Position numbers and translations under genes: made by a program
Assembly: GCA_965153355.1 (NCBI GenBank)
Contig: OZ231126.1
Location: 6,634,001 to 6,698,000, forward strand
Length of the DNA: 64,000 bases
Origin: Flaccisagitta enflata
Lineage: Eukaryota
Reading direction: 5' to 3'
Part shown: piece after piece, positions 50,878-64,000 of the stretch
How positions within the stretch are numbered: position 1 is the stretch's first letter
Layout of the letters: each line of letters starts with the position of its first letter
Notes under the pieces: model-generated
What the model was told of the DNA's origin: nothing
Database searches by the model: none
What the model saw: the letters and a program-made list of their open reading frames with translations, nothing else

Positions 50878-52279
50878 ATTAGTCGCGTGCACGCGACTCT
50901 ACAACCCGCTCCGTCGGTCCGTCGGTCGGTCCGTCCGTCGGTCCGTCCGTCCGTAAAACTTTGCTTTTTTGCGTCGTTTTTTGTCGTTTTAGGTCGTCTG
51001 GAGTTATTTTGAATCATTTTTTTTGGTGTTTTTGAGAATTATTGGTTGTTTTTGGTCATTTTTGGTCATTTTTGGTCATTTTTGGTCATTTTTGGTCATT
51101 TTAGTCATTTCGGTCATTTTGGCCACTTTGGTCATTTTGGTCATTTTTGATCATTTTTGATCATTTATGATCATTTTTGATCATTTTTGGTCATTTTTGG
51201 TCATTTTTGGTCATTTTTGGTCATTTCGGTCATTGTTCATTTCAGTCATTTCGGTCATTTTTGGTCATTTTTGGTCATTTTTGGTCTTTTTTGGTCATTT
51301 TGGTCATTTTTGATCATTTTTTAGTCTGCTGGTATAAGTCTGCTGGTTTAAGTCTGCTGCTTTAAGCCTGCTGGTTTAGGTCTGCTGGTTTAAGTCTGCT
51401 GGTTTAAGTCTGCTGGTTTAAGTCCGCTGGTTCAAGTCTGCTGCTTTAAGTATGGTGGTTTAAGTCTGCTGGTTTGAGTTGGCTGGTTTAGGTCGGCTGG
51501 TTTGGGTTGGCTGATTTAGGTCTGCTGGTTAAGTCTGCTGGTTTAAGTCTGCTGGTTTAAATCCACTGGTTTAAGTCGGCTGGTTTAATTCTGCTGGTTT
51601 AAGTCGGCTGGTTTAAGTCTGCTGGTTTAGTCTGCTGGTTTAAGTCTGCTGGTTTAGGTCTGCTGGTTTAGGTCTGCTGGTTTAGGTCTGCTGGTTTCGT
51701 CTGCTTGTTTTGGTCTGCTGGTTTAGGTCTGCTGGTTTAAGTCTGCTGGTTTAGATCTTTGCTGGTTTAGTCTGCTGGTTTGGGTCTGGTTTTGGTCTGG
51801 TTTAAGTCTGGTTTAAGTCAGATCTAAGTCTGGTTTATGTATGGTTTAGTCTGGTTTAAGTCTGGTTTGAGTCTGGTTTGAGTCTGGTTTGAGTCTGGTT
51901 TGAGTCTGGTTTGAGTCTGGTTTGAGTCTGGTTTAAGTCTGGATTGAGTCTGGCTTGAGTCTGGTTTAAGTCTGGTTTAAGTCTGGTTTAGGTCTGGTTT
52001 TAGTCTGGTTTAAGTCTGGTTTAGGTCTGGTTTAGGTCTGGTTTAGGTCTGGTTTAGGTCTGGTTTAGGTCTGGTTTAGGTCTGGTTTTGGTCTGGTTTT
52101 GGTCTGGTTTTGGTCTGGTTTAGGTCTGGTTTAATTCTGGTTTGAGTCTGGTTTGAGTCTGGTTTGGGTCTGGTTTGGGTCTGGTTCAAGTCTGATTTTC
52201 GAGAAAAAGATATAATAAGGAGTCAGGTCAGTTCAGTTATTTTTGTCCTGCACGCGACTTATAGGTGTTGGCCTTGTTT
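50878..52279 (+). mobile_element. Family-A element with large internal minisatellite expansion
   Basis: AGTCGCGTGCACGCGACT hairpin, (GTCC/GTCG)n, then ~10-bp TTTTTGGTCA, 14-bp GTCTGCTGGTTTAA and 11-bp GTCTGGTTTRG arrays, ending GGTGTTGGCCTTGTT; partial repeat at 52460-52720. Confidence 0.75.
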
Positions 52280-52819
52280 GTCTGTCAGTAAGTAGGTCGT
52301 GATGGTTTTTGACCATGATGTCGAAAGACCGACACCACGGGGTGTGACTGTCGATTCCGACAGTCACGACATAAGTTCTCCCAACTCTTGGACAGACAGA
52401 GGTGATTTAGATAAATCCGCAGTGACATCCCTCTTCTAGGCTTTGACATTCATTTGTGTCTAAGTCTGGTCTAAGTCTGGTTTAGGTCTGGTTTAGGTCT
52501 GGTTTAGGTCTGGTCTAAGTCTGGTCTAAGTCTGGTCTAAGTCTGGTCTAAGTCTGGTCTAAGTCTGGTCTAAGTCTGGTCTAAGTCTTGTCTAAGTCTG
52601 GTCTAAGTCTGGTCTAAGTCTGGTCTAAGTCTGGTCTAAGTCTATAAAGTGATACAATAAGGAGTCAGGTCAATTCAGTTATCTTTGTCCCGCACGTGAC
52701 TTAAAGGTGTTGGCCTTGTTTAAGTACAAACTATAAAAGCTGCATTGATACTATGGCACTCTGTTTTGTTTCAGAAAGTGTTAAAATTGAAATATTCGCT
52801 TTTATAGGGTTCAACACTA

Positions 52820-53379
52820 CAGTATGATTCATCTCGATTGTAACATTTCATGACGGCATTGCTAAAAAAGTAATAGAGATAATCTAATTCTGAAAAAAAT
52901 CTCTGTTAGGTAATGATTTGGCATTTTATGATGATTGATGCCCAGGATTTTTTTAGAAAATCTAAACCCCGAAATTTTTGATGAACCAATAATCATGCTT
53001 GGCAAAACAAGCATTTTTGTGGCTTTGTCCAAAAAAAAATTCTTGGAATTGCTTTAATTTTTTAAAAATTTTCAGTTTTTGATATAAGATAGGTCTCAAA
53101 TATGAAATATATTGATGTAGTTAAAGGTAAAAGTGAGAAAAATTGTAATTGGATGCAGTTTTATGAAAAAAAGAAGGGAAAATGACCTTTTTTAGCATAA
53201 TTTGCTACTTAGTCTTTTATGGGTAAAAAGTATCAGATTTTGATAGAAAAGTCTGGGAAATAGTTTATCATAAAATGCCAAGCAGTAACTTTTCATATGC
53301 TGCTATCAGAATTGAACTGTCACTTTTAGTTTTTGAGCAATGCCGTCGTGAAATGTTACAGTCGAAATGGATCATACTG
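52820..53379. mobile_element. Tc1/mariner-type MITE
   Basis: TA|CAGTATGAT.CAT.TCGA.TGTAACATTTCA.GACGGCATTGCT ... AGCAATGCCGTCGTGAAATGTTACAGTCGAAATGGATCATACTG|TA. Confidence 0.87.
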
Positions 53380-53387
53380 TAGGTATA

Positions 53388-54672
53388 CAGTCAGCGGACA
53401 AAACACAATAGGTATATATATCACTCTGTTAGTTTTGATCCAACCTACTGATGTTGAACAGAATGCTGTAAACAACAACTGGTTGTTTAAATTACAGCTG
53501 GCTGTTATGCTACAAAGTTGGCAAAAATCCAACTTTCACCAAAAAGAATGAGACCTGCAGATTTATAATCCTAATGAAATGCTGAGAAGTTTGATATGTT
53601 ACACTTAACACTTTTTTTAAGAAATATTTTTTTAAAAATTGCATTATAATTAAATCAAACATCCATAAAAATTTTTTATTATGATATAAAAGTATATGTT
53701 GTGACATATCAAACTTCTCGGAATTTCATCAGGATTATGAATCTGCAGGTGTCATTCTATTTGGTGAAAGTTCGATTTTTGCCTACTTTGTAACTTAACA
53801 GCCGGCTGTAACTTCAATAACCAGTTGTTGTTAACAGCATTCTGTTCAACATCAGTGGGTTGGATCAAAACAGAGAGATATATATACCCTGTCTTCAGAA
53901 GCAACTGTAACCAGCAAAAGTTCTGTTGTATCAAAACTATGCACACCACAAATTTCGGATTTGTCTTATAGCATATTACTGCCGGTTTTTTCATACAAAA
54001 TTTCAGCACTCTAGGTTGAGTAGTTTAGCTTCTACATCATTTTGAAGTAAAGAACCCTTTTTTGGTTAACAGTTTTTCATTTTAGACATTGATGGGGGTC
54101 TTTCACTTTAAACTCATATAACTTCCGAATGCTTTGAGTTAGAACTCTGGGGTTGGTCTCAAATTGAAGATTTTTTGAAGGAGATAATGTAAGGTTCAAG
54201 AAAAAAGCATTTCACGCTGCATCTATAGCAATTTTCATGTTTTTTCCATGATTTTTCTTGTTCAAACAACTTTTCATGTTGAAAATTCATCTTTTTCCAG
54301 CTTGAGATCTCATAATTATACACAAATTGACAGAGAAAAGATTTATCAATTATAAGACCATAAAATGGGATCAACTTAATTACTTCAAATCAATATCTAC
54401 TTAATTCTGATAAGATTTAAGAGGCTAAACTCTTTCATTTTTCATAAAAATTGCAATTTTACATGTAAATTTTGGTTATTTTCAAAACTATGTAGAAGCT
54501 GAACTACCTGACTTGGAGTGCTGAAATTTTACATGAAAAAACCGTCAGTAATATGCTATAAGATAGAGAAAATCCGAAATGTGGGATGTGGATAGTTTTC
54601 ACACAATACATCTTTTGCCGGTTACAGTTGTTTCTGAAGACAGGGTACCAATTGTGATTTGTCCGCTGACTG
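53388..54672. mobile_element. Tc1-like non-autonomous element with a foldback MITE (~53415-53886) inserted in its left TIR
   Basis: TA|CAGTCAGCGGACAAA ... TTTGTCCGCTGACTG|TA; removing the insert restores GGTA-CCCTGTCTTCAGAA, the complement of the right TIR. Confidence 0.87.
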
Positions 54673-55832
54673 TATATGTGACCCTTGTTACTGTTTTAGA
54701 TATCCCAAACACAAAAGAAAAAATTAGCTCTTTAGCGAATCTTAAAAAAACCGAATGGTTTTAAGATTTTTTCTTAATTCATTGAAAACTACTTGCCTAA
54801 TTCTACCTAATTCTGTCGTGTTACTTGTCCAAGAGGAAGAGAGAGAGAGAGAAAGCCCATCCAATCTTCTCCTTTTCTGCATGTTCTTATGATCAATTCG
54901 ATTTCTTTTCATTGAACAGTTCTTTTGTCATGACTATCAAGATTACTGGGGGAAGCGGCTGAAAGCTAAATTATTCCAGTGGCCTGATGTCTAAAAATTA
55001 TTTTGGCCTGACTTCTAAAAAAAATGTTTAGACATGAGGCCAATTTAGAACTACAAGTATTGGCATGGTTTGAAAATCTAAGTGCGCCTAACAGCTAAAA
55101 AGTAAGCGCCTAATGTCTAAAAAGAGGAAGGCATTGAGAAACATATGAAAAAAAGATAACAGAAACAGATATAAGAAACAGATATGAGGAACAGAGATAG
55201 ATTGATTGATCAACCAAGGGAGCAATAGACAAACAAGAGGACAAAGCCTTTGATAGTCACTAGTGCGCAACAAAAACACATACAAAATCAGAAAGGGCAG
55301 TAAATGGTAGAGCATGCACAAGCAATAGTAGATTTAAATAAAGTTCATTTGCAAAGTACTGTTTATTGATACATTTGAGAACTGTTGTTCACCTGCTATT
55401 AAGACTTGCCTGCCTACAAGGTATACTAGTTGCTGTCTTTAAGAATTTTTTTAATTTTAAGGCATGTGCTACGCAACTCTATGACCCCCTCTGTCAGTTG
55501 CTCGGCTGGTCTGTTGGTTGATTGGTCGGTCCATTGGCAATAACTTTTTATGACATTTATGGGCGGTTTACAGCTCCTGCCAAATTGCTTAAATAACCTT
55601 TTTATCACTGCCCCTGCCAACCTGCACGTGACTTTGGTAGCCATGTATATGGCCTTGTAATGGCAGCTTCACTAAAAGGCATGAATTTGCAAAGTCCTGT
55701 AGTGAAGTCCAACTGTACTGTATATTTGAATTGTAATATCAGCAAATAAAACATGTGTAAAAGGATGAGAATTGATTTGTGTATTGTTTTAAATGTGGCT
55801 TTAGACCTTATTTGTTCCCTTTTATCTTTGTC

Positions 55833-56125
55833 CAGGGGTGTATATCATTGAGTCACTTTCAATTTTTTCTCCCTGGCATTGATTTTCTTCCCTACGACGC
55901 GTTATATCAATGATTTTCTTCCCCATATAGAAATGAAACAATGTTGTTAAGGTTTAAATAGTGTTAAATTGTGTTTCATGATTTGGTACTGTTATATTTT
56001 CCCAAAAATTCATTTTTTTCTTTTTTTTTCCCCTTTTGATTTCCTTTTCCATCTCCAGACCCTTTGATTTCTTCCCCCCTCCCATGGGGGGGGGGGGAAG
56101 GGAAACTCAATGATATACAGGCCTT
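55833..56125. mobile_element. Possible MITE
   Basis: Inverted TGTATATCATTGAGT / ACTCAATGATATACA; TSD not clear. Confidence 0.45.
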
Positions 56126-57625
56126 TCCTTCTCTTCCCTCTTTTTTTTTAGAAATTAGGCCAATCACTTATAAAAATTTTAGAAGTTATACCACTTTTTC
56201 TGACAATATCTTTAGAAATAAAATCTTTCAAAATTGGCTGCAAAGCTAAAAAAATATTTTAGCTCTGGGGCCAATCTGTAAGGAAAAATTTTAGCTATTG
56301 GGCGCTTTAGCTGTGGGGAGATACACCCGTAAGTTACTTACACGAGTCCGCGACTAAAATGGCCAAGAGACTCACATTAAATTTTCAAGTGAACCGCGAA
56401 TACGATCGTAAGGGACTGTAACAAATTGCCATCAAACAAGGCCAAGTAGGCCAATAGGTCCGACGTGTGGATTGTCGAACAGATGCGTTACCGACCGACC
56501 GACCGACCAACGGACACAGCCACTTATAGAGGTGCTTTGTCGCACCTAAATGGCAAGGGTCACAATTTTATTACTGACGGCAGACGGGCTGAGGAATGGA
56601 CAGGTGGATGGATGAAGGGATGGAATTACAGATGGTTAGAAAGATGAACAGATTGATGGACCAACAGGTTGATTATTGAGTGGATGGATGGACGGATGGA
56701 TGGACCGACGGACCGACAGATGGATCGACTGATAGACCGATGGACAGATGAACCGAGGGACGGATGGATGTATGGATGGACCAGTAGGTGGCAACTAAAA
56801 ATGTATCTAAATGAATTCAAATGTCACGTCAATATGTAAGATATAATTCATTCAGATCAGGAGCTTTTGACATATATTGAATTATTGATTGAGAAAAACA
56901 AACAAACAAGCCCGATCAGGCAACGATACGTCATGGGTCACTGCGAGGAGAGATTATGAGTGATAAATTTCGTGGACATACATATTTATTTGAAGGAAAA
57001 AAATCGAGTTTATCCATCAGTTAGATTGGATCCCATGCGTGATCTTTCTATTCCCCAAGAAAGCGAAGAAGTATTGTTTTTTAAACATGTATGGTTGGAC
57101 CGACCAATCGACCAGCGGTCCAACAGACGAGGTATTCCATGGCGTCTCTCAGACCGCCGGGAAGTAGTGCCAGTGGTAAGCCAAAAACGTGACGGATAAA
57201 TCAAGATTCATCTCAATGAAACATAGACAATGTATTGTAATGTAATGTAATGTAATACTTAGATTCATCAAAAGGGATTATTCTTCAGCAGATAGTGATG
57301 AATTATATAAGTTTTGAATTGAAAATCTAAATAGCTGTACATCACTTCATCACAATTACGGTGACGGAATACCTGCTTATGTCTGATGTGCATGTGCAGT
57401 CTCCAACCATACAACATCTCAAACGACCTTCGTTTCAATTTGTTCATAACATTCATACGCAGCGGGTCTCCAACCATATCATGAACGTAATAACCATTCA
57501 ATTTTAGCATGATAACGCCGTCAGTTTGTCCTCGTCGATGCGCGGGAACCGGATGCGGCCCGGCGCTAAGCATAACGGCCCTAGTGACATTTATGAGGAA
57601 CTGAGAGTGCGCTTTCTGTCTGCCT

Positions 57626-57728
<103 letters not shown>

Positions 57729-58529
57729 CTAACGCCGCCTAACGACCTTCAAGCTGAAATGGAGCGAAACAAAAGGTCAACAAATGATTGATTCTTTTTG
57801 GCCAATATTTAGCAGGCCTCGATTTCTACTACCTGGGCAAAATAAATAGTGTTAATTTTTCTGTTTGAAAAAACAAAAATTGTGTGATTTCTTGAACAAC
57901 AGCTTTTTGTAGCTTTAACCAATAAGACCTAGTATAGATATACTTGAAATTTGCTATTGAAAGTAACAAGAGGCTGAAAATGCGAGTGGTTTCTCATTTG
58001 GTTGATTCAACTTCCCTTCTCATGTTCGTTGATAGCATCTGTATGCTGACCTTCACTACTCCTCTTAGTCTATGTCCCTTCCCACCATCCTGTATTCCTG
58101 TTTGCCTACCATGCCCCTGCCCACCATCCTGTTTGCCTACCATGCCCCTGCTCACCATCCTGTCTACCTACCATGCCCCTTTCCACCATCTTGTTTACCT
58201 ACCACTCACCTTCCCACCACTGATGCTTCCTATCAGAACCATGACTCCATCTTTCCTCCTCTTTTTTCATATATGATTATTCCTTCTACCAATCATTCTT
58301 ACATTCCTTCTCTTTCCATTCTCTCTTTTCCCATTCCTTTTCTCACTTTTCTTTCTTTCTCTGTTCTTTTCTTTTCTTTTTCTCCATTCTTTTCCTTTCT
58401 TTTTTTCCTTTCCTCAACTTGGTCGTCCCCGCTGTTTATTTCCTCCTCCTCCTTCTTTCCCTCTCTCTCTCTCTCTCTCTCTGTTTTGGGTCTTGGAAGT
58501 CTATCACTTTAGAAATGTGTTGCAAGTGA

Positions 58530-59870
58530 CCAGTAGCAGTTCTCGTGGGCTGGGCACGTTGGTGGCTTGGTAGCGTTGGTAGTGGTTGTGGGCTGGGCAC
58601 GATGGTGGCTTGGTGGCGTTGGTAGTGGTTGTGGGCTTGGTGGCGTTGGTGGTTTGGTGGCAATGGTAGTGGTTGTGGGCTTGGTGGCGTTGGTGGCTTG
58701 GTGGCGTTGGTAGTGGTTGTGGGTCTGGTGGCGTTGGTAGTGGTTGTGGGCTTGGTGGCGTTGGTAGTGGTTGTGGCGTTGGTGGCGTTGGTGGCGGTGG
58801 AACGGCCAATGGTATACGGAGCTGCGGTGTAAAAGGTTCTGTTGGTAGCAGTAGTGTTAAAGGTGTTGGTGATAATGGCGATAGTGTTGGTAGTAATGGT
58901 GTAAAAGGTGACGGTGATAATGACGTTGGTGTTGGTAGTAGTGGTACCAAAAATTGTGGTGAAAATGGCGATGGCGTTGGAAGTGGTGGTGGCAGTGGTG
59001 TTATCATTGGCAGTCGAGTTGATGGCACCAGTGCAGTTGTGTCATCATGGGCAGCAGTGGCGGCAGCAGCAGTGTCGATATTGACATTTGTGGAGTTGGC
59101 ACCAGAGCATTGGTGTTATCATAAGCAGTTGTGGCAGTGGTGTTGTTATTGATAATTCTAGTGGTGGCTCTAGTGCAGGGCTGTTGTTATTGGCAGCTGT
59201 GGTGATGGCATCAGAGCATTTGTGGTGGTAGCAGTGGTATTGCTATTGACAAATGCGGTGGTGGCAGTAGGGATGTGGATGATTTTCATGCCATTTCCGC
59301 TTCTGCTTCCATTTTGAAGTTCAAGTATCAGCTGCTACCCACTTACCAAAATGGAAGTGGTGAATCGCTTCCACATCCCAAGGTGGCAGTAGTGTTGTTA
59401 TTGGCAGTTGTGGCGTTGGCACCAGTACAGTGGTGTCTTCATGGCAGTTGTGGTGGTGGTACCAGAGCAGTGGTGTCGTTATTGACAGTTGTGGTGGTGG
59501 CAGTGGTTTGTTATTGGCAGTTGTGGTAGTGGCAGTGGTTTGTTATTGGCAGATGTGTTGGTGGCACCAGAGCGGTGGTGTCGTTATTGACAGTTGTGGT
59601 GGTGGCAGTGGTTTGTTATTGGCAGTTGTGTTGGTGGCACCAGTGGTGTCGTTGTTGACAGTTGTGGTGGTGGCAGTGGTTTGTTATTGGCAGTTGTGGT
59701 GGCACCAGAATAGTGGTGTCGTTGTTGACAGTTGTGGTGGTGGCAGTGGTTTGTTATTGGCAGATGTGGTGGTGGCACCAGTGGTGTCGTTGTTGACAGT
59801 TGTGGTGGTGGCAGTGGTTTGTTATTGACAGTGGTGGTGGTGGCACCAGAGTGGTGGTGTCGTTATCAGC
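58530..59870. repeat. GT-rich degenerate minisatellites
   Basis: GGTGGCGTTGGTAGTGGTTGTGGGC and GACAGTTGTGGTGGTGGCAGTGGTTTGTTATTG units. Confidence 0.8.
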
Positions 59871-59948
59871 GGTTCTCCCTTTCATTCAAAGTTGCCGCCT
59901 GGTCGTTGGACTAATTGACTGTTCGACTCAATCTCTCTCTCTCTCTCT

Positions 59949-59985
<37 letters not shown>

Positions 59986-60212
59986 CTGACACAGCTATGG
60001 CCTCGAAATTTTTTTTCCTTTCATTTTGCTTCCATTTTCTTTTTGTCTGTCCATTCTACTTTATCTTTATCTAGTCTGGCTGTTTCATTGTCAGTCAGTC
60101 AGTCGGTGGACGGTGGGTTGGTCCACAGGTCCAGCCAGCAAACCAGCCTCTCTCTCTTTCTCTCTCTCTCTGTCTCTTTCTGTCTCTGTCTCTCTCTGTC
60201 TGTCTCTGTCTG

Positions 60213-60310
<98 letters not shown>

Positions 60311-61439
60311 CCTCTGTTTCTGTCTTGGATGGGGGAGGATAAGTAAACAGTCACCACAGAAAACTTCATCAACTCCACTGAGCATTTCCGCAAAAGTAAT
60401 GAAGAAACATGTCAGGATAAATTGGTTCTTTCTGTAAGTTGTTTATGCATGATTCCCATGTAACTCCTATTCATGTGTAAAGAAGAGCGCCGCTGCCAAA
60501 GCCTAAAAAGGGGTATTACCCTGCACCTTTCAATGATTTTGAAAAAAATTAATCTTTTGAATTTTTTTTTCTAAAGCTTAAGCGGAAAGGCAAAAACAAT
60601 TTCTAATGATGGGAACCAAGAGACAACAACTCCCTAACTCGATTTTTCATCAGTTTTCAATGTTTAAGCATGCAGTATCCTTATAATTTAGCATAAGAGT
60701 CTGTTATGATGGTAAAATCAAATAGAAAAAAAGCGGCGGCATATGAATTCCAGTATGTATTCTGTTCCCTTCTTGGTTCATTGTTTATGATGACTTCTTT
60801 CTTTGCATGGTATTCATTTCATACCATGTTAGATTGCAGGCGGTATTTTTTGTTGGATGATATTCAGTTGCTTACTAAGGGCGAGTTTCTAGTGAAGATG
60901 AAAAACGCGTTTGTTCATGTCAAATGCGTTTACAGCATGAACACATAATCAAGATTTTCAACTGTCTTACGAGGGAATGAGCGAAGCGAGTGAGCAAGCC
61001 CGTGAATGGAGGGAGCAAGCGAAGCATAGTGTTGCGGAGCGAACATAGCGAGCGACCGAGTGGCCTGTTAAAAACGCGATTGTCTTTGACTAGAAACGAC
61101 TCCTAAGAGTTGCTGTGTTGGTTGACAAATTGGTTGATCAGTATTTGATATTTACGGGCAATATAAGCATCACTGCTCCTGCCCGAATGTATCTGGCCTA
61201 ATTGTTATTCGACGCCTCCTTAGTTGCATATAATGAGTTTTTGTTGTATGCCATCTTTTTTTTTTTTTTGTGTGTTGTTTATTGTTTGACAAAATGTCAT
61301 GACTTGTTGTTGATTTTAATGCATTTTCATCGCAAGTCTTTTGTGTTTTGAATTAGATGCATTATTTGTTGCATGCAATGCTTTTATTCATCGAACGCAA
61401 TTCTTGTATTTGATGTCCTCTTTCGCCTTTATGTATCAG

Positions 61440-61615
61440 GAGATGACATGTGATTATGATGATCGCATGAGATGACATGTGATTATGATGATCTCACAAG
61501 ATAACATGTGATTATGATGATCTCATGAGATGACATGTGATTATGATGATCTCATGAGATGACATGTGATTATGATGTTCTCATGAGATGACATGTGATT
61601 ATGATGATCTCATGA
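61440..61615. repeat. 29-bp tandem repeat x6
   Basis: GAGATGACATGTGATTATGATGATCTCAT units. Confidence 0.9.
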
Positions 61616-62259
61616 ATAACTCGGTTTCCTCGTTTTGCGTCTTGAGTTGCGCCTACACACAGTATTTCAAATTTGATGAAAAGTTGATATTAGTTGATAT
61701 CAGTTTTTAGATGCGTCTGTCAGGAACGCATCTCTATAAGAGGGTCTGTCCATCCGTCTGTCGGTCGGTTGGTTGGTTGGTCGGTCGGTCGGTTGGTCGG
61801 TTGGTTGGTTGGTCGGTCCGTTACGCCCGTGCAAAAAACGCGTTTCTCAGCCAATTTTAGCCACGGTGAAATCCTACACTGAAACAAATGATCAACCAAC
61901 ATGTTTTGAGAGTCTTTTCACCCGTCTGTTTGTCCATCTGTTTCTCCCATACATACAGCTGGCGGACCTTAAATCCGTTGGAATTAGCGGGGCCCCTCTT
62001 GATTTTGTTGATTTCAACAGCTTCAACAGGATATTTACTATAGTTTATATAGTAAGAAATATATATTACAATTTTACTCAAAATACGTCATCTTCGATTT
62101 TTTTCATTTTCTGCCCATTAAGGGCCCTAAGTGAGCCAACTTTGGTAGAACATTAATCTCAGACACTCCCCGCCCCTAAGGGGCCCAAAATTGGGTCAAA
62201 AAAATTTTTACGTTAAATCCGTTGATTTTAGCAGGGGCAGGGTCACGTTTTTACAAGAC

Positions 62260-63065
62260 CATGCTAAAACCGCTGATTTTAACGGGTTTAACGCCAAAAT
62301 CCCTTTTTTTGGCCCTCTGCATGCTAATTTGACATCATGAGACCCTCAAAAAGAGCAAGTGAGCACACATGAGCAGGCATGAGCAAGCATGAGCAAGAAT
62401 GCTAAATCCGCTGATTTTAACAGGTTTAACTTCAAATCCCTTAAGTTGGTCCTCCACATGCTTTTTTAACATCATGAGACCCTCTATGGTGACAATAAAG
62501 AGCAAGTGAGCACACATGAGCAAGCATGAGCAAGCATGAGCAAGAATGCTAAATTCGCTGATTTTAACGGGTTTAACATAAATGTCCCCTATTTTGACCC
62601 TCCACATGCTTATTTGACATCATGAGACTCTCTACGGTTATAAAAGAGAGCATGTGAGCACACATGAGCAAGCATGAGATAACATGAGCAAGAATGCTAA
62701 ATCCGCTGATTTTAACGAGTTTAACATAAATATCCCCTAATTTGACCCTCCACACCATTATTTGACATCATGAGACTCTCTAAGGTTACAAAAGAGAGCA
62801 AGTGAGCACACATGAGCAAGCATGAGCAAGAATGCTAAATCCGCTGATTTTAACCGGTTTAACATAAAAATCCCCTGTTTTGGTCCTCCACATGCTTATT
62901 TGACATCAAGAGACCATCTATGGTGACCATAAAGAGTAAGTGAGCACACATGAGTAAGCATGAGCAAGCATGCTTAATCTGCTGATTCTAACATGTTTAA
63001 CATAAAAATCCCCTATTTTGGTCATCCACATGCTGTTTTGACATCAAGAGACCCTCTATGGTGAC
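62260..63065. repeat. ~120-130-bp satellite, ~6 copies
   Basis: GAGCACACATGAGCAAGCATGAGCAAGAATGCTAAATCCGCTGATTTTAAC units. Confidence 0.85.
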
Positions 63066-63273
63066 AAAAAAAATCTCTCTTAATTCAAAATCAACACCAT
63101 GCTGGTTCAAGTCCTTTTTAATTTTGCTCAACTCACATCTTAATTTTGAATGCGACAACAATACAACTAAACATGGAAGGAATATATGATGGAATTCAAT
63201 AGTAATCCTGAAATTGCACTGTTTGTATCATGTATTTCGTCATCCCGTTTTCATTTTCCTGTTCTGTGCCCAG

Positions 63274-63681
63274 AGCGTGAAGTGGAAGAAGGGGCCGATG
63301 CTTTATTCTATTTCATACTCAAAGCCGGAATTCGCCAATGTAATTTTGAGTACTTTTGGACAGGGAACCTTTTCTTCTCCAAAAATCACCCACTTTATCG
63401 GAAACTGACCCTCTATTTGGATTTTTGACCTGGCCCAGATGCCAGAGACAATGTATAATCAATACAAGTCGACCGTTGGCGTTAAAGTGGAAGGAAAGGG
63501 CGGTTCAGAAGTATCTACTTGTGAAAACTTTGACTTTGTCGTCAAATGGTGCAATAAAGCTTTGAAACAACATTTGAGTTGGGCGCCAACCCACAAGACC
63601 TGGCTCACAGCTTGTCGTTTGTACAATTTCATGAGAGAACTAAAGTCAAATTTGGATAATTTTCTGCCAATATCAAGGTTC
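63274..63681 (+). pseudogene. Possible coding exon of unknown product with one in-frame TGA
   Basis: Pyrimidine tract and CAG acceptor at 63273; ~135 codons open except TGA at 63406-63408; donor-like GTTCGT/GTGAGT at ~63678-63682. Confidence 0.3.
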
Positions 63682-64000
63682 GTGAGTACTATTTTGGTTG
63701 ATTTCATGTCATCCAAGAATTTTCATTACCATCCTCCAACCAACACACCCTCTTAGCCCACAGAATTGTCTAGCAAGCGAATCCTCAATAATCTTTGATT
63801 ATCAAAACCAAGGCCAAGCATGTCATTTTGTTTTACTTATTTGCTATGCCACTTTTAGGTCTGTATGTCAGTCAGTCCATCCTTCTCTTTGACGGCCCTT
63901 ACATTTTACTTTTAGGGTGCTTTTATTGTGTGATAAGTCAGGCATGCATTCCTTAGCCCAGCAAGGGCCTCATCAGGTTTCAATGGATTTGCCAGGGATG

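Noticed and set aside
58504-59152. Pro-rich (minus) and Gly-rich (plus) ORFs resembling extensin/structural proteins
   Set aside because: Derived from GT-rich minisatellite; frames are not maintained and there is no signal peptide.

Overview
Repeat-saturated eukaryotic DNA, most likely from an invertebrate animal; the species cannot be determined from this window. Most of it is microsatellites, minisatellites, DINE-1/Helentron-like non-autonomous elements, TA-flanked MITEs and foldbacks, two hAT-type elements with 8-bp TSDs, piggyBac/TTAA-type elements nested into an ~11.5-kb stack, and a frameshifted Penelope-like RT fragment. There is one convincing protein-coding gene, an uninterrupted ~1400-aa ORF on the minus strand (30977-35179). 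Its domain order is signal peptide, Toll-type multi-cysteine-cluster LRR ectodomain, single TM helix, pseudokinase, IRE1/RNase L-type KEN ribonuclease domain (DLLRFIRNILQH), then two ubiquitin-like domains. It looks like a Toll-like receptor whose TIR domain is replaced by an RNase L/IRE1-like effector, i.e. a candidate ligand-gated receptor ribonuclease. I know of no described protein with this architecture. All domain calls are by-eye motif recognition and need HMM/structure confirmation. Residue numbers follow the provided 1428-aa ORF track.
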